NCBI GenBank assembly: GCA_964016885.1
Contig: OZ024744.1
Coordinates: 10,106,001-10,170,000, forward strand
Origin: Eledone cirrhosa
Taxonomy: Eukaryota
DNA length: 64,000 nucleotides
Direction: 5' to 3'
The notes below the pieces were generated by a model. The model searched no databases. It worked only from the letters and a program-made list of their open reading frames with translations, and had not been told where the DNA came from. Positions 28,301-42,614 of this stretch are shown piece by piece (position 1 is the first letter of the stretch; each line of letters opens with the position of its first letter). The position numbers and the translations under genes were made by a program.

Positions 28301-30770
28301 ATTACAGTAAAGACTTTAACATTTAATGTGATGTATTCATAGTGTTGTTTTGTACTAAATGTTTATAGTATCTTTTCTGGTGGACAGATTATTGTGAATA
28401 TTTACAGTAAAGAATTTCATATTTAACGTGATGTAGTCATAGTGTTGTTTTGTATTAAATGTTTGTAGTATCTTTAATTTTTAATGTGATGTAGTCATAG
28501 TGTTGTTTTGTGCTAAATGTTTATAGTATCTTTACTGGTAGACAGACTGTTGTGAATATTTACAGTATTACAGTAAAGAGTTTAATATTTAATGTGATGT
28601 AGTCATAGTGTTGTTTTGTACTAAATGTTTATAGTATCTTTACTGGTGGACAGATTGTTGTGAATATTTACAGTAAAGAACTTCGTATTTAATGTGATTT
28701 AGTCATAGTGTTGTTTTGTACTAAATGTTTATAGTATCTTTAATGGTGGACACATTGTTGTGAATACGTACAGTATTACAGTAAAGAATTTAATATTTAA
28801 TGTGATGTAGTCTTAGTGTTGTTTTGTACTAAATGTTTATAGTATCTTTACTGGTGGACAGATTATTGTAAATATTTACAGTATTACAGTAAAGACTTTA
28901 ACATTTAATGTGATGTAGTCATAGTGTTGTTTTGTACTAAATGTTTATAGTATCTTTTCTGGTGGACAGATTATTGTGAATATTTACAGCATTACAGTAA
29001 AGAATTTAATATTTAATGTGATGTAATCATAGTGTTGTTTTGAACTAAATGTTTATAGTATCTTTAATTTTTAATGTGATGTAGTCATAGTGTTGTTTTG
29101 TACTAAATGTTTATAGTATCTTTACTGGTGGACAGATTGTTGTGAATATTTACAGTAAAGAATTTCATATTTAATGTGATGTAGTCATAGTGTTGTTTTG
29201 TACTAAATGTTTATAGTATCTTTAATGGTGGACACATTGTTGTGAATATTTACAGTATTACAGTAAAGAATTTAATATTTAATGTGATGTAGTCTTAGTG
29301 TTGTTTTGCACTAAATGTTTATAGTATTTTTACTGGTGCACAGAATATTGTGAATATTTACAGTATTACAGTAAAGACTTTAACATTTAATGTGATGTAG
29401 TCATAGTGTTGTTTTGTACTAAACGTTTATAGTATCTTTTCTGGTGGACAGATTATTGTGAATATTTACAGTATTACAGTAAAGACTTTAATATTTAATG
29501 TGACGTAGTCTTAGTGTTGGTTTGTACTAAATGTTTATAGTATCTTTACTGGTGGACAGATTGTTGTGAATATTTACAGGATTACAGTAAAGACTTTAAC
29601 ATTTAATGTGATGTAGTCATAGTGTTGTTTTGTACTAAATGTTTATAGTATCTTTACTGGTGGACAGATTGTTGTGAATATTTACAGTATTACAGTAAAG
29701 ACTTTAATATTTAATGTGATGTAGTCATAGTGTCGTTAGTACTAAATGTTTATATTATCATTACTGTTAGACAGATTGTTGTGAAAATTTACTACAGTAA
29801 AGAGATTAATATTTAATGTGATGTAGTCATAGTGTTGTTTTGTACTAAATGTTTATAGTATCTTTAATGGTGGACACATTGTTGTGAATATTTACAGTAT
29901 TACAGTAAAGAATTTAATATTTAATGTGATGTAGTCTTAGTGTTGTTTTGTACTAAATATTTATAGTATCTTTACTGGTGGACAGATTGTTGTGAATATT
30001 TACAGTATTACAGTAAAGACTTTAACATTTAATGTGATGTATTCATAGTGTTGTTTTGTACTAAATGTTTATAGTATCTTTTCTGGTGGACAGATTATTG
30101 TGAATATTTACAGTAAAGAATTTCATATTTAACGTGATGTAGTCATAGTGTTGTTTTGTATTAAATGTTTGTAGTATCTTTAATTTTTAATGTGATGTAG
30201 TCATAGTGTTGTTTTGTACTAAATGTTTATAGTATCTTTACTGGTAGACAGACTGTTGTGAATATTTACAGTATTACAGTAAAGAGTTTAATATTTAATG
30301 TGATGTAATCATAGTGTTGTTTTGTACTAAATGTTTATAGTATCTTTACTGGTGGACAGATTGTTGTGAATATTTACAGTAAAGAACTTCGTATTTAACG
30401 TGATTTAGTCATAGTGTTGTTTTGTACTAAATGTTTATAGTATCTTTAATGGTGGACACATTGTTGTGAAAACGTACAGTATTACAGTAAAGAATTTAAT
30501 ATTTAATGTGATGTAGTCTTAGTGTTGTTTTGTACTAAATGTTTATAGTATCTTTACTGGTGGACAGATTATTGTAAATATTTACAGTATTACAGTAAAG
30601 ACTTTTATATTTAATGTGATGTCGTCATAGTGTTGTGTTGTACTAAATGTTTATAGTATCTTTACTGGTGGACAGATTGTTGTGAATAATTACAGTATTA
30701 CAGCAAATACTTTAATATTTAATGTGATGTTGTCATAGTGTTGTTTTGTACTAAATGTTTATAGTATCTT
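19333..30770. repeat. Tandem segmental duplication (~5.8 kb unit; second copy lacks two monomers)
   Basis: TTAATGAGAT at 19743/25551 (offset 5808); CGTAC variant at 24881/30473 (offset 5592 = 5808-216). Confidence 0.88.
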
Positions 30771-33700
30771 TAATGGTGGACACATTGTTGTGAATATTTA
30801 CAGTATTACAGTAAAGAATTTAATATTTAACGTGACGTAGTCTTTGTGTTGGTTTGTACTAAATGTTTATAGTATCTTTACTGGTGGACAGATTGTTGTG
30901 AATATTTACAGTATTACCGTAAAGACTTTAACATTTAATGTGATGTAGTCATAGTGTTGTTTTGTACTAAATGTTTATAGTATCTTTACTGGTGGACAGA
31001 TTGTTGTAGAGATTTACAGGATTACAGTAGAGACTATAATATTTAATGTGATGTAGATATAGTGTTGTTTTGTACTAAATGTTTATAGTATCTTTACTGG
31101 TGGACAGATTGTTGTGAATATTTACAGTAAAGAATTTCATCTTTAATGTGATGTAGTCATAGTGTTGTTTTGTACTAAATGTTTGTAGTATCTTTAATTT
31201 TTAATGTGATGTAGTCATAGTGTTGTTTTGTACTAAATGTTTATAGTATCTTTCCTGGTAGACAGATTGTTGTGAATATTTACAGTATTACAGTAAAGAC
31301 TTTAATATTTAATGTGATGTAGTCATAGTGTTGTTTTGTACTAAATGTTTATAGTATCTTTACTGGTGGACAGATTGTTGTGAATATTTACAGTAAAGAA
31401 TTTCATATTTAATGTGATGTAGTCATAGTGTTGTTTTCTACTAAATGTTTATAGTATCTTTACTAGTAGACAGATTGTTTTGAATATTTACAGTATTACA
31501 GTAAAGATTTTAATATTTAATGTGATGTAGTCATAGTCTTGTTTTGTACTAAATGTTTATAGTACCTTTACTGGTAGACAGATTGTTGTGAATATTTACA
31601 GTATTACAGTAAAGACATTAATATTTATATGTGATGTATTCATAGTTTTGTTTTGTACTAAATGTTTATAGTATCTTTATTGGTGGACAGATTGTTGTGA
31701 ATATTTACAGTATTACAGTAAAGACTTTAATATTTAATGTGATGTAGTCATAGTGTTGTTTTGTACTAAGTGTTTGTAGTATCTTTAATTTTTAATGTGA
31801 TGTAGTCATAGTGTTGTTTTGTACTAAATGTTTATAGTATCTTTACTGGTAGACAGATTGTTGCGAATATATACAGTATTACAGTAAAGATTTTATATTT
31901 AATGTGATGTAGTCATAGTGTTGTTTTGTACTAAATGTTTATAGTATCTTTACTGGTGGACAGATTGTTGTGAATAATTACAGTATTACAGCAAATACTT
32001 TAATATTTAATGTGATGTAGTCATAGTGTTGTTTTGTACTAAATGTTTATAGTATCATTACTGGTGGACAGATTGTTGGAATATTTACAGTATTACAGTA
32101 AAGACTTTAATATTTAATGTGATGTAGTCATAGTGTTGTTAGTACTAAATGTTTATATTATCATTACTGTTAGACAGATTGTTGTGAAAATTTACTGCAG
32201 TAAAGACATTAATATTTAATGTGCTGTATTCATAGTGTTGTTTTGTACTAAATGTTTATAGTATCTTTACTAGTAGACAGATTGTTGTGAATATTTACAG
32301 TATTACAGTAAAGACTTTAATATTTAATGTGATGTAGTCTTAACGTTGTTTTGTACTAAATGTTTATAGTATCATTACTGGTGGACAGATTGTTGTGAAT
32401 ATTTACAGTATTACAGTAAAGACTTTAATATTTAATGTGATGTAGTCATAGTGTTGTTTTGTACTAAATGTTTATAGTATCTTTACTGGTGGACAGATTG
32501 TTGTGAATATTTACAGTATTACAGCAAATACTTTAATATTTAATGTGATGTAGTCATAGTGTTGTTTTGTACTAAATGTTTATAGTATCTTTACTAGTAG
32601 ACAGATTGTTGTGAATATTTACAGTATTACAGTAAAGACTTTAATATTTAATGTGATGTAGTCTTAATGTTGTTTTGTACTAAATGTTTATAGTATCATT
32701 ACTGGTGGACAGATTGTTGTGAATATTTACAGTATTACAGTAAAGATTCTAATATTTAATGTGATGTAGTCATAGTGTTGTTTTGTACTAAATGTTTATA
32801 GTATCTTTACTGGTGACAGATTGTTGTGAATAATTACATTATTACAGCAAATACTTTAATATTTAATGTGATGTAGTCATAGTGTTGTTTTGTACTAAAT
32901 GTTTATAGTATCTTTACTGGTGGACAGATTGTTGTGAATATTTACAGTATTACAGTAAAGACTTTAATATTTAATGTGATGTAGTCATAGTGTTGTTTTG
33001 TACTAAATGTTTATAGTATCTTTAATGGTGGACACATTGTTGTGAATATTTACAGTATTACAGTAAAGAATTTAATATTTAATGTGACGTAGTCTTAGTG
33101 TTGGTTTGTACTAAATGTTTATAGTATCTTTTCTGGTGGACAGATTATTGTGAATATTTACAGTATTACAGTAAAGACTTTAATATTTAATGTGATGTAG
33201 TCATAGTGTTGTTTTGAACTAAATGTTTATAGTATCTTTACTAGTAGACAGATTGTTGTGAATATTTACAGTATTACAGTAAAGACTTTAATATTTAATG
33301 TGATGTAGTCATAGTGTTGTTTTGTACTAAATGTTTATAGTATCTTTACTGGTGGACAGATTGTTGTAGAAATTTACAGGATTACAGTAGAGACTATAAT
33401 ATTTAATGTGATGTAGATATAGTGTTGTTTTGTACTAAATGTTTATAGTATCTTTACTGGTGGACAGATTGTTGTGAATATTTACAGTAAAGAATTTCAT
33501 CTTTAATGTGATGTAGTCATAGTGTTGTTTTGTACTAAATGTTTGTAGTATCTTTAATTTTTAATGTGATGTAGTCATAGTGTTGTTTTGTACTAAATGT
33601 TTATAGTATCTTTACTGGTAGACAGATTGTTGTGAATATTTACAGTATTACAGTAAAGACTTTAATATTTAATGTGATGTAGTCATAGTGTTGTTTTGTA

Positions 33701-36700
33701 CTAAATGTTTATAGTATCTTTACTGGTGGACAGATTGTTGTGAATATTTACAGTAAAGAATTTCATATTTAATGTGATGTAGTCATAGTGTTGTTTTCTA
33801 CTAAATGTTTATAGTATCTTTACTAATAGACAGATTGTTGTGAATATTTACAGTATTACAGTAAAGACTTTAATATTTAATGTGATGTAGTCATAGTCTT
33901 GTTTTGTACTAAATGTTTATAGTATCTTTACTGGTAGACAGATTGTTGTGAATATTTACAGTATTACAGTAAAGACATTAATATTTATATGTGATGTATT
34001 CATAGTTTTGTTTTGTACTAAATGTTTATAGTATCTTTATTGGTGGACAGATTGTTGTGAATATTTACAGTATTACAGTAAAGACTTTAATATTTAATGT
34101 GATGTAGTCATAGTGTTGTTTTGTACTAAGTGTTTGTAGTATCTTTAATTTTTAATGTGATGTAGTCATAGTGTTGTTTTGTACTAAATGTTTATAGTAT
34201 CTTTACTGGTAGACAGATTGTTGCGAATATATACAGTATTACAGTAAAGATTTTATATTTAATGTGATGTAGTCATAGTGTTGTTTTGTACTAAATGTTT
34301 ATAGTATCTTTACTGGTGGACAGATTGTTGTGAATAATTACAGTATTACAGCAAATACTTTAATATTTAATGTGATGTAGTCATAGTGTTGTTAGTACTA
34401 AATGTTTATATTATCATTACTGTTAGACAGATTGTTGTGAAAATTTACTGCAGTAAAGACATTAATATTTAATGTGATGTATTCATAGTGTTGTTTTGTA
34501 CTAAATGTTTATAGTATCTTTACTAGTAGACAGATTGTTGTGAATATTTACAGTATTACAGTAAAGACTTTAATATTTAATGTGATGTAGTCTTAATGTT
34601 GTTTTGTACTAAATGTTTATAGTATCATTACTGGTGGACAGATTGTTGTGAATATTTACAGTATTACAGTAAAGACTTTAATATTTAATGTGATGTAGTC
34701 ATAGTGTTGTTTTGTACTAAATGTTTATAGTATCTTTACTGGTGGACAGATTGTTGTGAATATTTACAGTATTACAGTAAAGACTTTAACATTTAATGTG
34801 ATGTAGTCATAGTGTTGTTTTGTACTAAATGTTTATAGTATCTTTACTGGTGGACAGAATGTTGTGAATATTTACAGTAAAGAATTTCATATTTAATGTG
34901 ATGTAGTCATAGTGTTTTTTGTACTAAATGTTTGTAGTAACTTTAATTTTTAATGTGATGTAGTCATAGTGTTGTTTTGTACTAAATGTTTATAGTATCT
35001 TTACTAGTAGACAGAGTGTTGTGAATATTCACAGCATTAAAGTAAAGACTTTAATATTTAATGTGATGTAGTCATAGTGTTGTTTTGTACAAAATGTTTA
35101 CATTATCATTACTGTTAGACAGATTGATGTGAAAATTTACAGTATTACAGTAAAGACTTTAATATTTTATGGGATGTAGTCATAGTGTTGTTTTGTACTA
35201 AATGTTTATAGTTTCTTTACTGGTGGACAGATTGTTGTGAATATTTACAGTATTACAGTAAAGACTTTAATATTTAATGTGATGTAGTCATAGTGTTGTT
35301 TTGAACTAAATGTTTATGGTATCTTTACTAGTAGACAGATTGTTGTGAATATTTACAGTATTACAGTAAAGACTTTAATATTTGATGTGATGTAGTCATA
35401 GTGTTGTACTAAATGTTTATAGTATCTTTACTGGTGGACAGCTTGTTGTGAATATTTACAGTATTACTGTAAAGACTTTCATATTTAATGTGATGTAGTC
35501 ATAGTGTTGTTTTGTACTAAATGTTTATAGTATCTTTACTAGTAGACAGATTGTTGTGAATATTTACAGTATTACAGTAAAGACTTTAATATTTGATGTG
35601 ATGTAGTCATAGTGTTGTACTAAATGTTTATAGTATCTTTACTAGAAGACAGAATGTTGTGAATATTTACAGTAAAGAATTTAATATTTAATTAGATGTA
35701 GTCATAGTGTTGTTTTGTGCTAAATGTTTATAGTATCTTTACTGGTAGACAAATTGCTGTAATATTTACAGTATTGAAGTAAAGACTTTAGTGTTTAATG
35801 TGATATAGTCATAGTGTTGTTTTGTACTAAATGTTTATAGTATCTTTACTGGTAGACAGATTGTTGTTAATATTTACAGTATTAAAGTAAAGACTTTAAT
35901 ATTTAATGTGATGTAGTCATAGTGTTGTTTTGTACTAAAGGTTTATAGTATCTTTACTGGTGGACAGATTGTTGTGAAAATTTACATTATTACAGTAAAT
36001 ACTTTAATATCTAATGTGATGTAATCATAGCCCTGTTTTGTACTAAATGTTTATAGTATCTCTACTAGTAGACAGATTCTTGTGAATATTTACAGTATTA
36101 CAGTAAATACTTTAATATTTAATGTGATGTAGTCATAGTGTTGTTTTGAACTAAATGTTTATAGTATCTTTACTGGTGGACAGATTGTTATGAATATTTA
36201 CAGTATTACAGTAAAAACTTTAATATTTAATGTGATGTAGTCATAGTGTTTTTTTGTGCTAAATGTTTATAGTATCTTTACTGGTAGACAAATTGCTGTG
36301 AATATTTAGAGTATTGAAGTAAAGACTTTAGTGTTTAATGTGATATAGTCATAGTGTTGTTTTGTACTAAATGTTTATAGCATCTTTACTAGAAGACAGA
36401 ATGTTGTGAATATTTACAGTAAAGAATTTAACATTTAATGTGATGTAATCATATTGTTGTTTTGTACTAAATGTTTATAGTATCTTTTCTGGTGGACAGA
36501 TTATTGTGAATATTTACAGTATTACAGTAAAGACTTTAATATGTAATGTGATGTAGTCATAGTGTTCTTTTGAGCTAAATGTTTATCGTATCTTCACTGG
36601 TAGACAAATTCTGTGAATATATACAGTATTGCAGTAAAGATTTTAATGTTTAATGTGATATAGCCATAGTGTTGTTTTGTACTAAATGTTTATAGTATCT

Positions 36701-39700
36701 TTACAGGGGGACAGATTGTCGTGAATATTTACAGTATTACAGTAAAGACTTTAATATTTAATGTGATGTCGTCATAGTGTTGTTTTGAACTAAAAGTTTA
36801 GAGTATCTTTACTAGTAGACAGATTGTTGTGAATATTTACAGTATTACAGTAAAGACTTTAATAATTAATGTGATGAAGTCATAGTGTTGTTTTGTACTA
36901 AAAGTTTATAGTATCTTTACTGGTGGACAGATTGTTATGAATATTTACAGTATTACAGTAAAGACTTTAATGTTTAATATGATGTAGTCATAGTGTTGTT
37001 TTGTGCTAAATGTTTATAGTATCTTTACTGGGAGAAAAATTGCTGTGAATATTTACAGTATTACAGTAAAGACTTTAATATTTAATGTGATGTAGTCATA
37101 GTGTTGTTTTTTACTAAATTTTTATAGTATCTTTACTGTTGGACAAATTGTTGTGAATATTTACAGCATTACAGTAAAGAATTTAATATTTAATGTGATG
37201 TTGTCATAGTGTTGTTTTGAACTAAAAGTTTATAGTATCTTTACTAGTAGACAAATTGTTGTGAATATTTACAGTATTACAGAAAAGACTTTAGTATCTA
37301 ATGTGATGTAATTATAGTCCTGTTTTGTACTAAAAGTTTATAGTATCTATACTGGTAGACAGATTGTTGTGAATTTTTACAGTATTACAGTAAAGACTAT
37401 AATATTTAATGTGATGTAGTCATAGTGTTGTTTTGAACTAAATGTTTATAGTATCTTTACTGGTGGACAGATTGTTGAGAATATTTATAGTATTACAGTA
37501 AAGACTTTCATATTTAATGTTATGTAGTCATAGTGTTGTTTTGTACTAAATGTTTATCGTATCTTTAATAGAAGACAGAATGTTGTGAATATTTACAGTA
37601 AAGAATTTAATATTTAATGTGAGGTAGTCATAGTGTTGTTTTGTGCTAAATGTTTATAGTATCTTTACTGGTAGACAAATTGCTGTGAATATTTACAGTA
37701 TTACAGTAAAGACTTTAATATCTAATGTGAGGTAGTCATAGTGTTGTTTTGAACTAAATGTTTATAGTATCTTTACTGGTGGACAGATTGTTGAGAATAT
37801 TTATAGTATTACAGTAAAGACTTTCATATTTAATCTGATGTAGTCATAGTGTTGTTTTGTACTAAATGTTTATCGTATCTTTAATAGAAGACAGAATGTT
37901 GTGAATATTTACAGTAAAGAATTTAATATTTAATGTGAGGTAGTCATAGTGTTGTTTTGAACTAAATGTTTATGGTATCTTTACTAGTAGACAGATTGTT
38001 GTGAATATTTACAGTATTACAGTAAAAATTTAATATTTAATGTCATGTAGTCATAGTGTTGTTTTGTACTAAATGTTTATAGTATCTTTACTGGTGGACA
38101 GCTTGTTGTGAATATTTACATTATTACAGTAAAGACTTTCATATTTAATGTGATGTAGTCATAGTGTTGTTTTGTACTAAATGTTTATAGTATCTTTACT
38201 AGTAGACAGATTGTTGTGAATATTTACAGTATTACAGTAAAGACTTTAATATTTAATGTGATGTAGTCATAGTGTTGTACTAAATGTTTATAGTATCTTT
38301 ACTGGTGGACTGACTTTTGTGGAAATTTACAGTACTACAGTAAAGATTATAATATTTAATGTGATGTAGCCATAGTTTTGTTTTGTACTAAATGTTTATA
38401 GTATCTTTACTGGTGGACAGATTGTTGTGAATATTTACAGTATTACAGTAAAGACTTTAATATTTAATGTGATGTAGTCATAGTGTTGTTTTGAACTAAA
38501 TGTTTACAGTATCTTTACTGGTGGACAGATTGTTGAGAATATTTATAGTATTACAGTAAAGACTTTCATATTTAATGTGATGTAGTCATAGTGTTGTTTT
38601 GTACTAAATGTTTATAGAATCTTTAATAGAAGACAGATTGTTGTGAATATTTACAGTAAAGAATTTAATATTTAATGTGATGTAGTCATAGTGTTGTTTT
38701 GTGCTAAATGTTTATAGTATCTTTACTGGTAGACAAATTGCTGTGAATATTTACAGTATTACAGTAAAGACTTTAATATTTAATGTGATGTAGTCATAGT
38801 GTTGTTTTGTGCTAAATGTTTATAGTATCTTTACTGGTGGACAGATTGTTGTGAATATTTACAGCATTACAGTAAAGAATTTAATATTTAATGTGATGTA
38901 GTCATAGTGTTGTTTTGAACTAAATGTTTATAGTATCTTTACAGGGGGACAGATTGTCGTGAATATTTACAGTATTACAGTAAAGACTTTAATATTTAAT
39001 GTGATGTAGTCATAGTGTTGTTTTGTGCTAAATGTTTATAGTATCTTTACTGGTAGACAGATTGTTGTGAATATTTACAGTATTACAGTAAAGACATTAA
39101 TATGTAATGTGATGTAGTCATAGTGTTGTTTTGAGCTAAATGTTTATCGTATCTTTACTGGTAGACAAATTCTGTGAATATATACAGTATTGCAGTAAAG
39201 ATTTTAATGTTTAATGTGATATAGCCATAGTGTTGTTTTGTACTAAATGTTTATAGTATCTTTACAGGGGGACAGATTGTCGTGAATATTTACAGTATTA
39301 CAGTAAAGACTTTAATATTTAATGTGATGTAGTCATGGTGTTGTTTTGTGCTAAATGTTTATAGTATCTTTACTGGTAGACAAATTGCTGTGAATATTTA
39401 CAGTATTACAGTAAAGACTTTAATATTTAATGTGATGTAGTCATAGTGTTGTTTTATACTAAATTTTTATAGTATCTTTACTGTTGGACAAATTGTTGTG
39501 AATATTTACAGCATTACAGTAAAGAATTTAATATTTAGTGTGATGTTATCATAGTGTTGTTTTGAACTAAAAGTTTATAGTATCTTTACTAGTAGACAGA
39601 TTGTTGTGAATATTTACAGTATTACATAAAAGACTTTAATATTTAATGTGATGTAATCATATTGTTGTTTTGTACTAAATGTTTATAGTATCTTTACTGG

Positions 39701-42434
39701 TGGACAGATTGTTGTGAACATTTACAGTATTACAGTAAAGACTTTAATATTTAATGTGATGTAGTCATAGTGTTGTTTTGTACTAAATGTTTATAGTACC
39801 TTTTCTGGTGGACAGATTGTTGCGAAAATTTACAGTATTAGAGTAAATACTTTGATATCTAATGTGATGTAATTATAGTCCTGTTTTGTACTAAATGTTT
39901 ATAGTATCTTTACTGGTAGACAGATTGTTGTGAATTTTTACAGTATTACAGTAAAGACTTTAATATTTAATGTGATGTAGTCATAGTGTTGTTTTGAACT
40001 AAATGTTTATAGTATCTTTACTGGTGGACAGATTGTTGAGAATATTTATAGTATTACAGTAAAGACTTTCATATTTAATGTGATGTAGTCATAGTGTTGT
40101 TTTGTACTAAATGTTTATAGTATCTTTAATAGAAGACAGAATGTTGTGAATATTTACAGTAAAGAATTTAATATTTAATGTGATGTAGTCATAGTGTTGT
40201 TTTGTGCTAAATGTTTATAGTATCTTTACTGGTAGACAAATTGCTGTGAATATTTACAGTATTACAGTAAAGACCTTAATATTTAATGTGATGTAATCAT
40301 ATTGTTGTTTTGTACTAAATATTTATAGTATCTTTACTGGTGGACAGATTGTTGTGAAAATTTACAGTATTACAGTAAAGACTTTAATATTTAATGTGAT
40401 GTAGTCATAGTGTTGTTTTGTACTAAATGTTTATAGTATCTTTTCTGGTAGACAGATTGTTGTGAAAATTTACAGTATTACAGTAAATACTTTAATATCT
40501 AATGTGATGTAATCATAGTGTTGTTTTGTACTAAATAATTATAGAATCTTTACTAGTAGACAGATTCTTGTGAATATTTACAGTATTACAGTAAAGACTT
40601 TAATATTTAATGTGATCTAGTCATAGTGTTGTTTTGTACTAAATGTTTATAGTATCTTTACTGGTGGACAGATTGTTGTGAATATTTACAGTATTACAGT
40701 AAAGACTTTAATATTTAATGTGATGTAGTCATAGTGTTGTTTTGTACTAAATGTTTATATTATCTTTACCAGTAAACAGATTGTTGTGAATATTTACAGT
40801 ATTACAGCAAAGACTTTAATATTTAATGTGATGTAGACATAGTGATGTTTTGTACTAAATTTTTATAATATCTTTACTGGTGGACAGATTGTTGTGAATA
40901 TTTACAGTATTACAGTAAAGACTTTAATATTTAATGTGATGTAGTCATAGTGTTGTTTTGTACTAAATGTTTATAGTATCTTTACTGGTGGACAGATTGT
41001 TGTGAATATTTACAGTATTACAGTAAAGACTTTAATATTTAATGTGATGTAGTCATAGTGTTGTTTTGTACGAAATGTTTATATTATCTTTAGTGGTGGA
41101 GAGATTGTTGTGAAAATGTACAGTATTACAGTAAAGACTTTAATATTTAATGTGATGTAGTCATAGTGTTGTTTTGTACTAAATGTTTATAGTATCTTTA
41201 CTAGAAGACAGAATGTTGTGAATATTTACAGCAAAGAATTTAATATTTAATGTGATGTAGTCATAATGTTGTTTTGTGCTAAATGTTTATGGTATATTTA
41301 CTGGTAGACAAATTCCTGTGAATATTTACAGTATTACAGTAAAGACTTTAATATGTAATGTGATGTAGTCATAGTGTTGTTTTATATTGTTATAGTATCT
41401 TTACTGTTAGACAGATTATTGTGAATATTTACAGCATTACAGTAAAGAATTTAATATTTAACGTGATTTAATCATAGTGTTGTTTTAAACTAAATATTTA
41501 TAGTATCTTTACTAGTAGACAGATGGTTGTGAATATTTACAGTATTACAGTAAAGACTTTAATATTTAATGTGATGTAGTCATAGTGTTGTTTTGTACTA
41601 AATGTTTATAGTATCTTTACTGTTGGACAGATTGTTGTGAAAATTTACAGTATTACAGTAAAGACTTTAATATTTAATGTGATGTAGTCATAGTGTTGTT
41701 TTGTACTAAATGTTTATAGTATCTTTTCTAGTAGACAGATTGTTGTGAAAATTTACAGTATTACAGTAAATACTTTAATATCTAATGTGATGTAATCATA
41801 GTGTTGTTTTGTACTAAATATTTATAGAATCTTTACTAGTAGAAAGATTCTTGTGAATATTTACAGTATTACAGTAAAGACTTTAATATTTAATGTGATC
41901 TAGTCATAGTGTTTTTTTGTACTAAATGTTTATAGTATCTTTACTGGTGGACAGATTGTTGTGAATATTTACAGTATTACAGTAAAGACTTTAATATTTA
42001 ATGTGATGTAGTTATAGTGTTGTTTTGTACTAAATGTTTATATTATCTTTACCAGTAAACAGATTGTTGTGAATATTTACAGTATTACAGTAAATATATT
42101 AATATTTAATGTGATGTAGTCATAGTGTTGTTTTGTACGAAATGTTTATATTATCTTTACTGGTGGAGAGATTGTTGTGAAAATGTACAGTATTACAGTA
42201 AAGACTTTAATATTTAATATGATGTAGTCATAGTGTTGTTTTGTACTAAATGTTTATAGTATCTTTACTGGTGGACAGATTGTTGTGAACATTTACAGTA
42301 TTACAGTAAGGACTTTAATATTTAATGTGATGTAGTCATAGTGTTGTTTTGTACTAAATGTTTATAGTATCTTTACTGGTAGACAGATTGTTGTGAATAT
42401 TTACAGTATTACAGTAAAGACTTTAATATTTAAT

Positions 42435-42614
42435 TGTTTCTACTTTAGGCACAAGGCCAGCAATTACCCAGTGCATTACTGGTACTTTATTTTATCGACC
42501 CCGTAAGGATGAAAGGCAAAGTCAACCTCGGCGGGATTTGAACTCAGATCGTAAAGGGACGTAACTATGCTGGAAAGCATGGCGTCCGACTCTCTACCGA
42601 TACTGCCAATCCAC
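42435..42614 (-). mobile_element. tRNA-derived SINE, 180 bp, with 17-bp target-site duplication
   Basis: Minus strand reads GTGGAT-TGGCAGTATCGG (A box-like)...GAGTTCAAATCCC (B box)...GCCTTTCATCCTTACGGGGTCGATAAAATAAAGTACCAG...GGCCTTGTGCCTAAAGTAGAAACA. Flanked by AGACTTTAATATTTAAT at 42418-42434 and 42615-42631. Confidence 0.88.

Noticed and set aside
42510-42614. tRNA gene
   Set aside because: A/B boxes present but no convincing cloverleaf or T-run terminator; non-tRNA body and TSD indicate a SINE.
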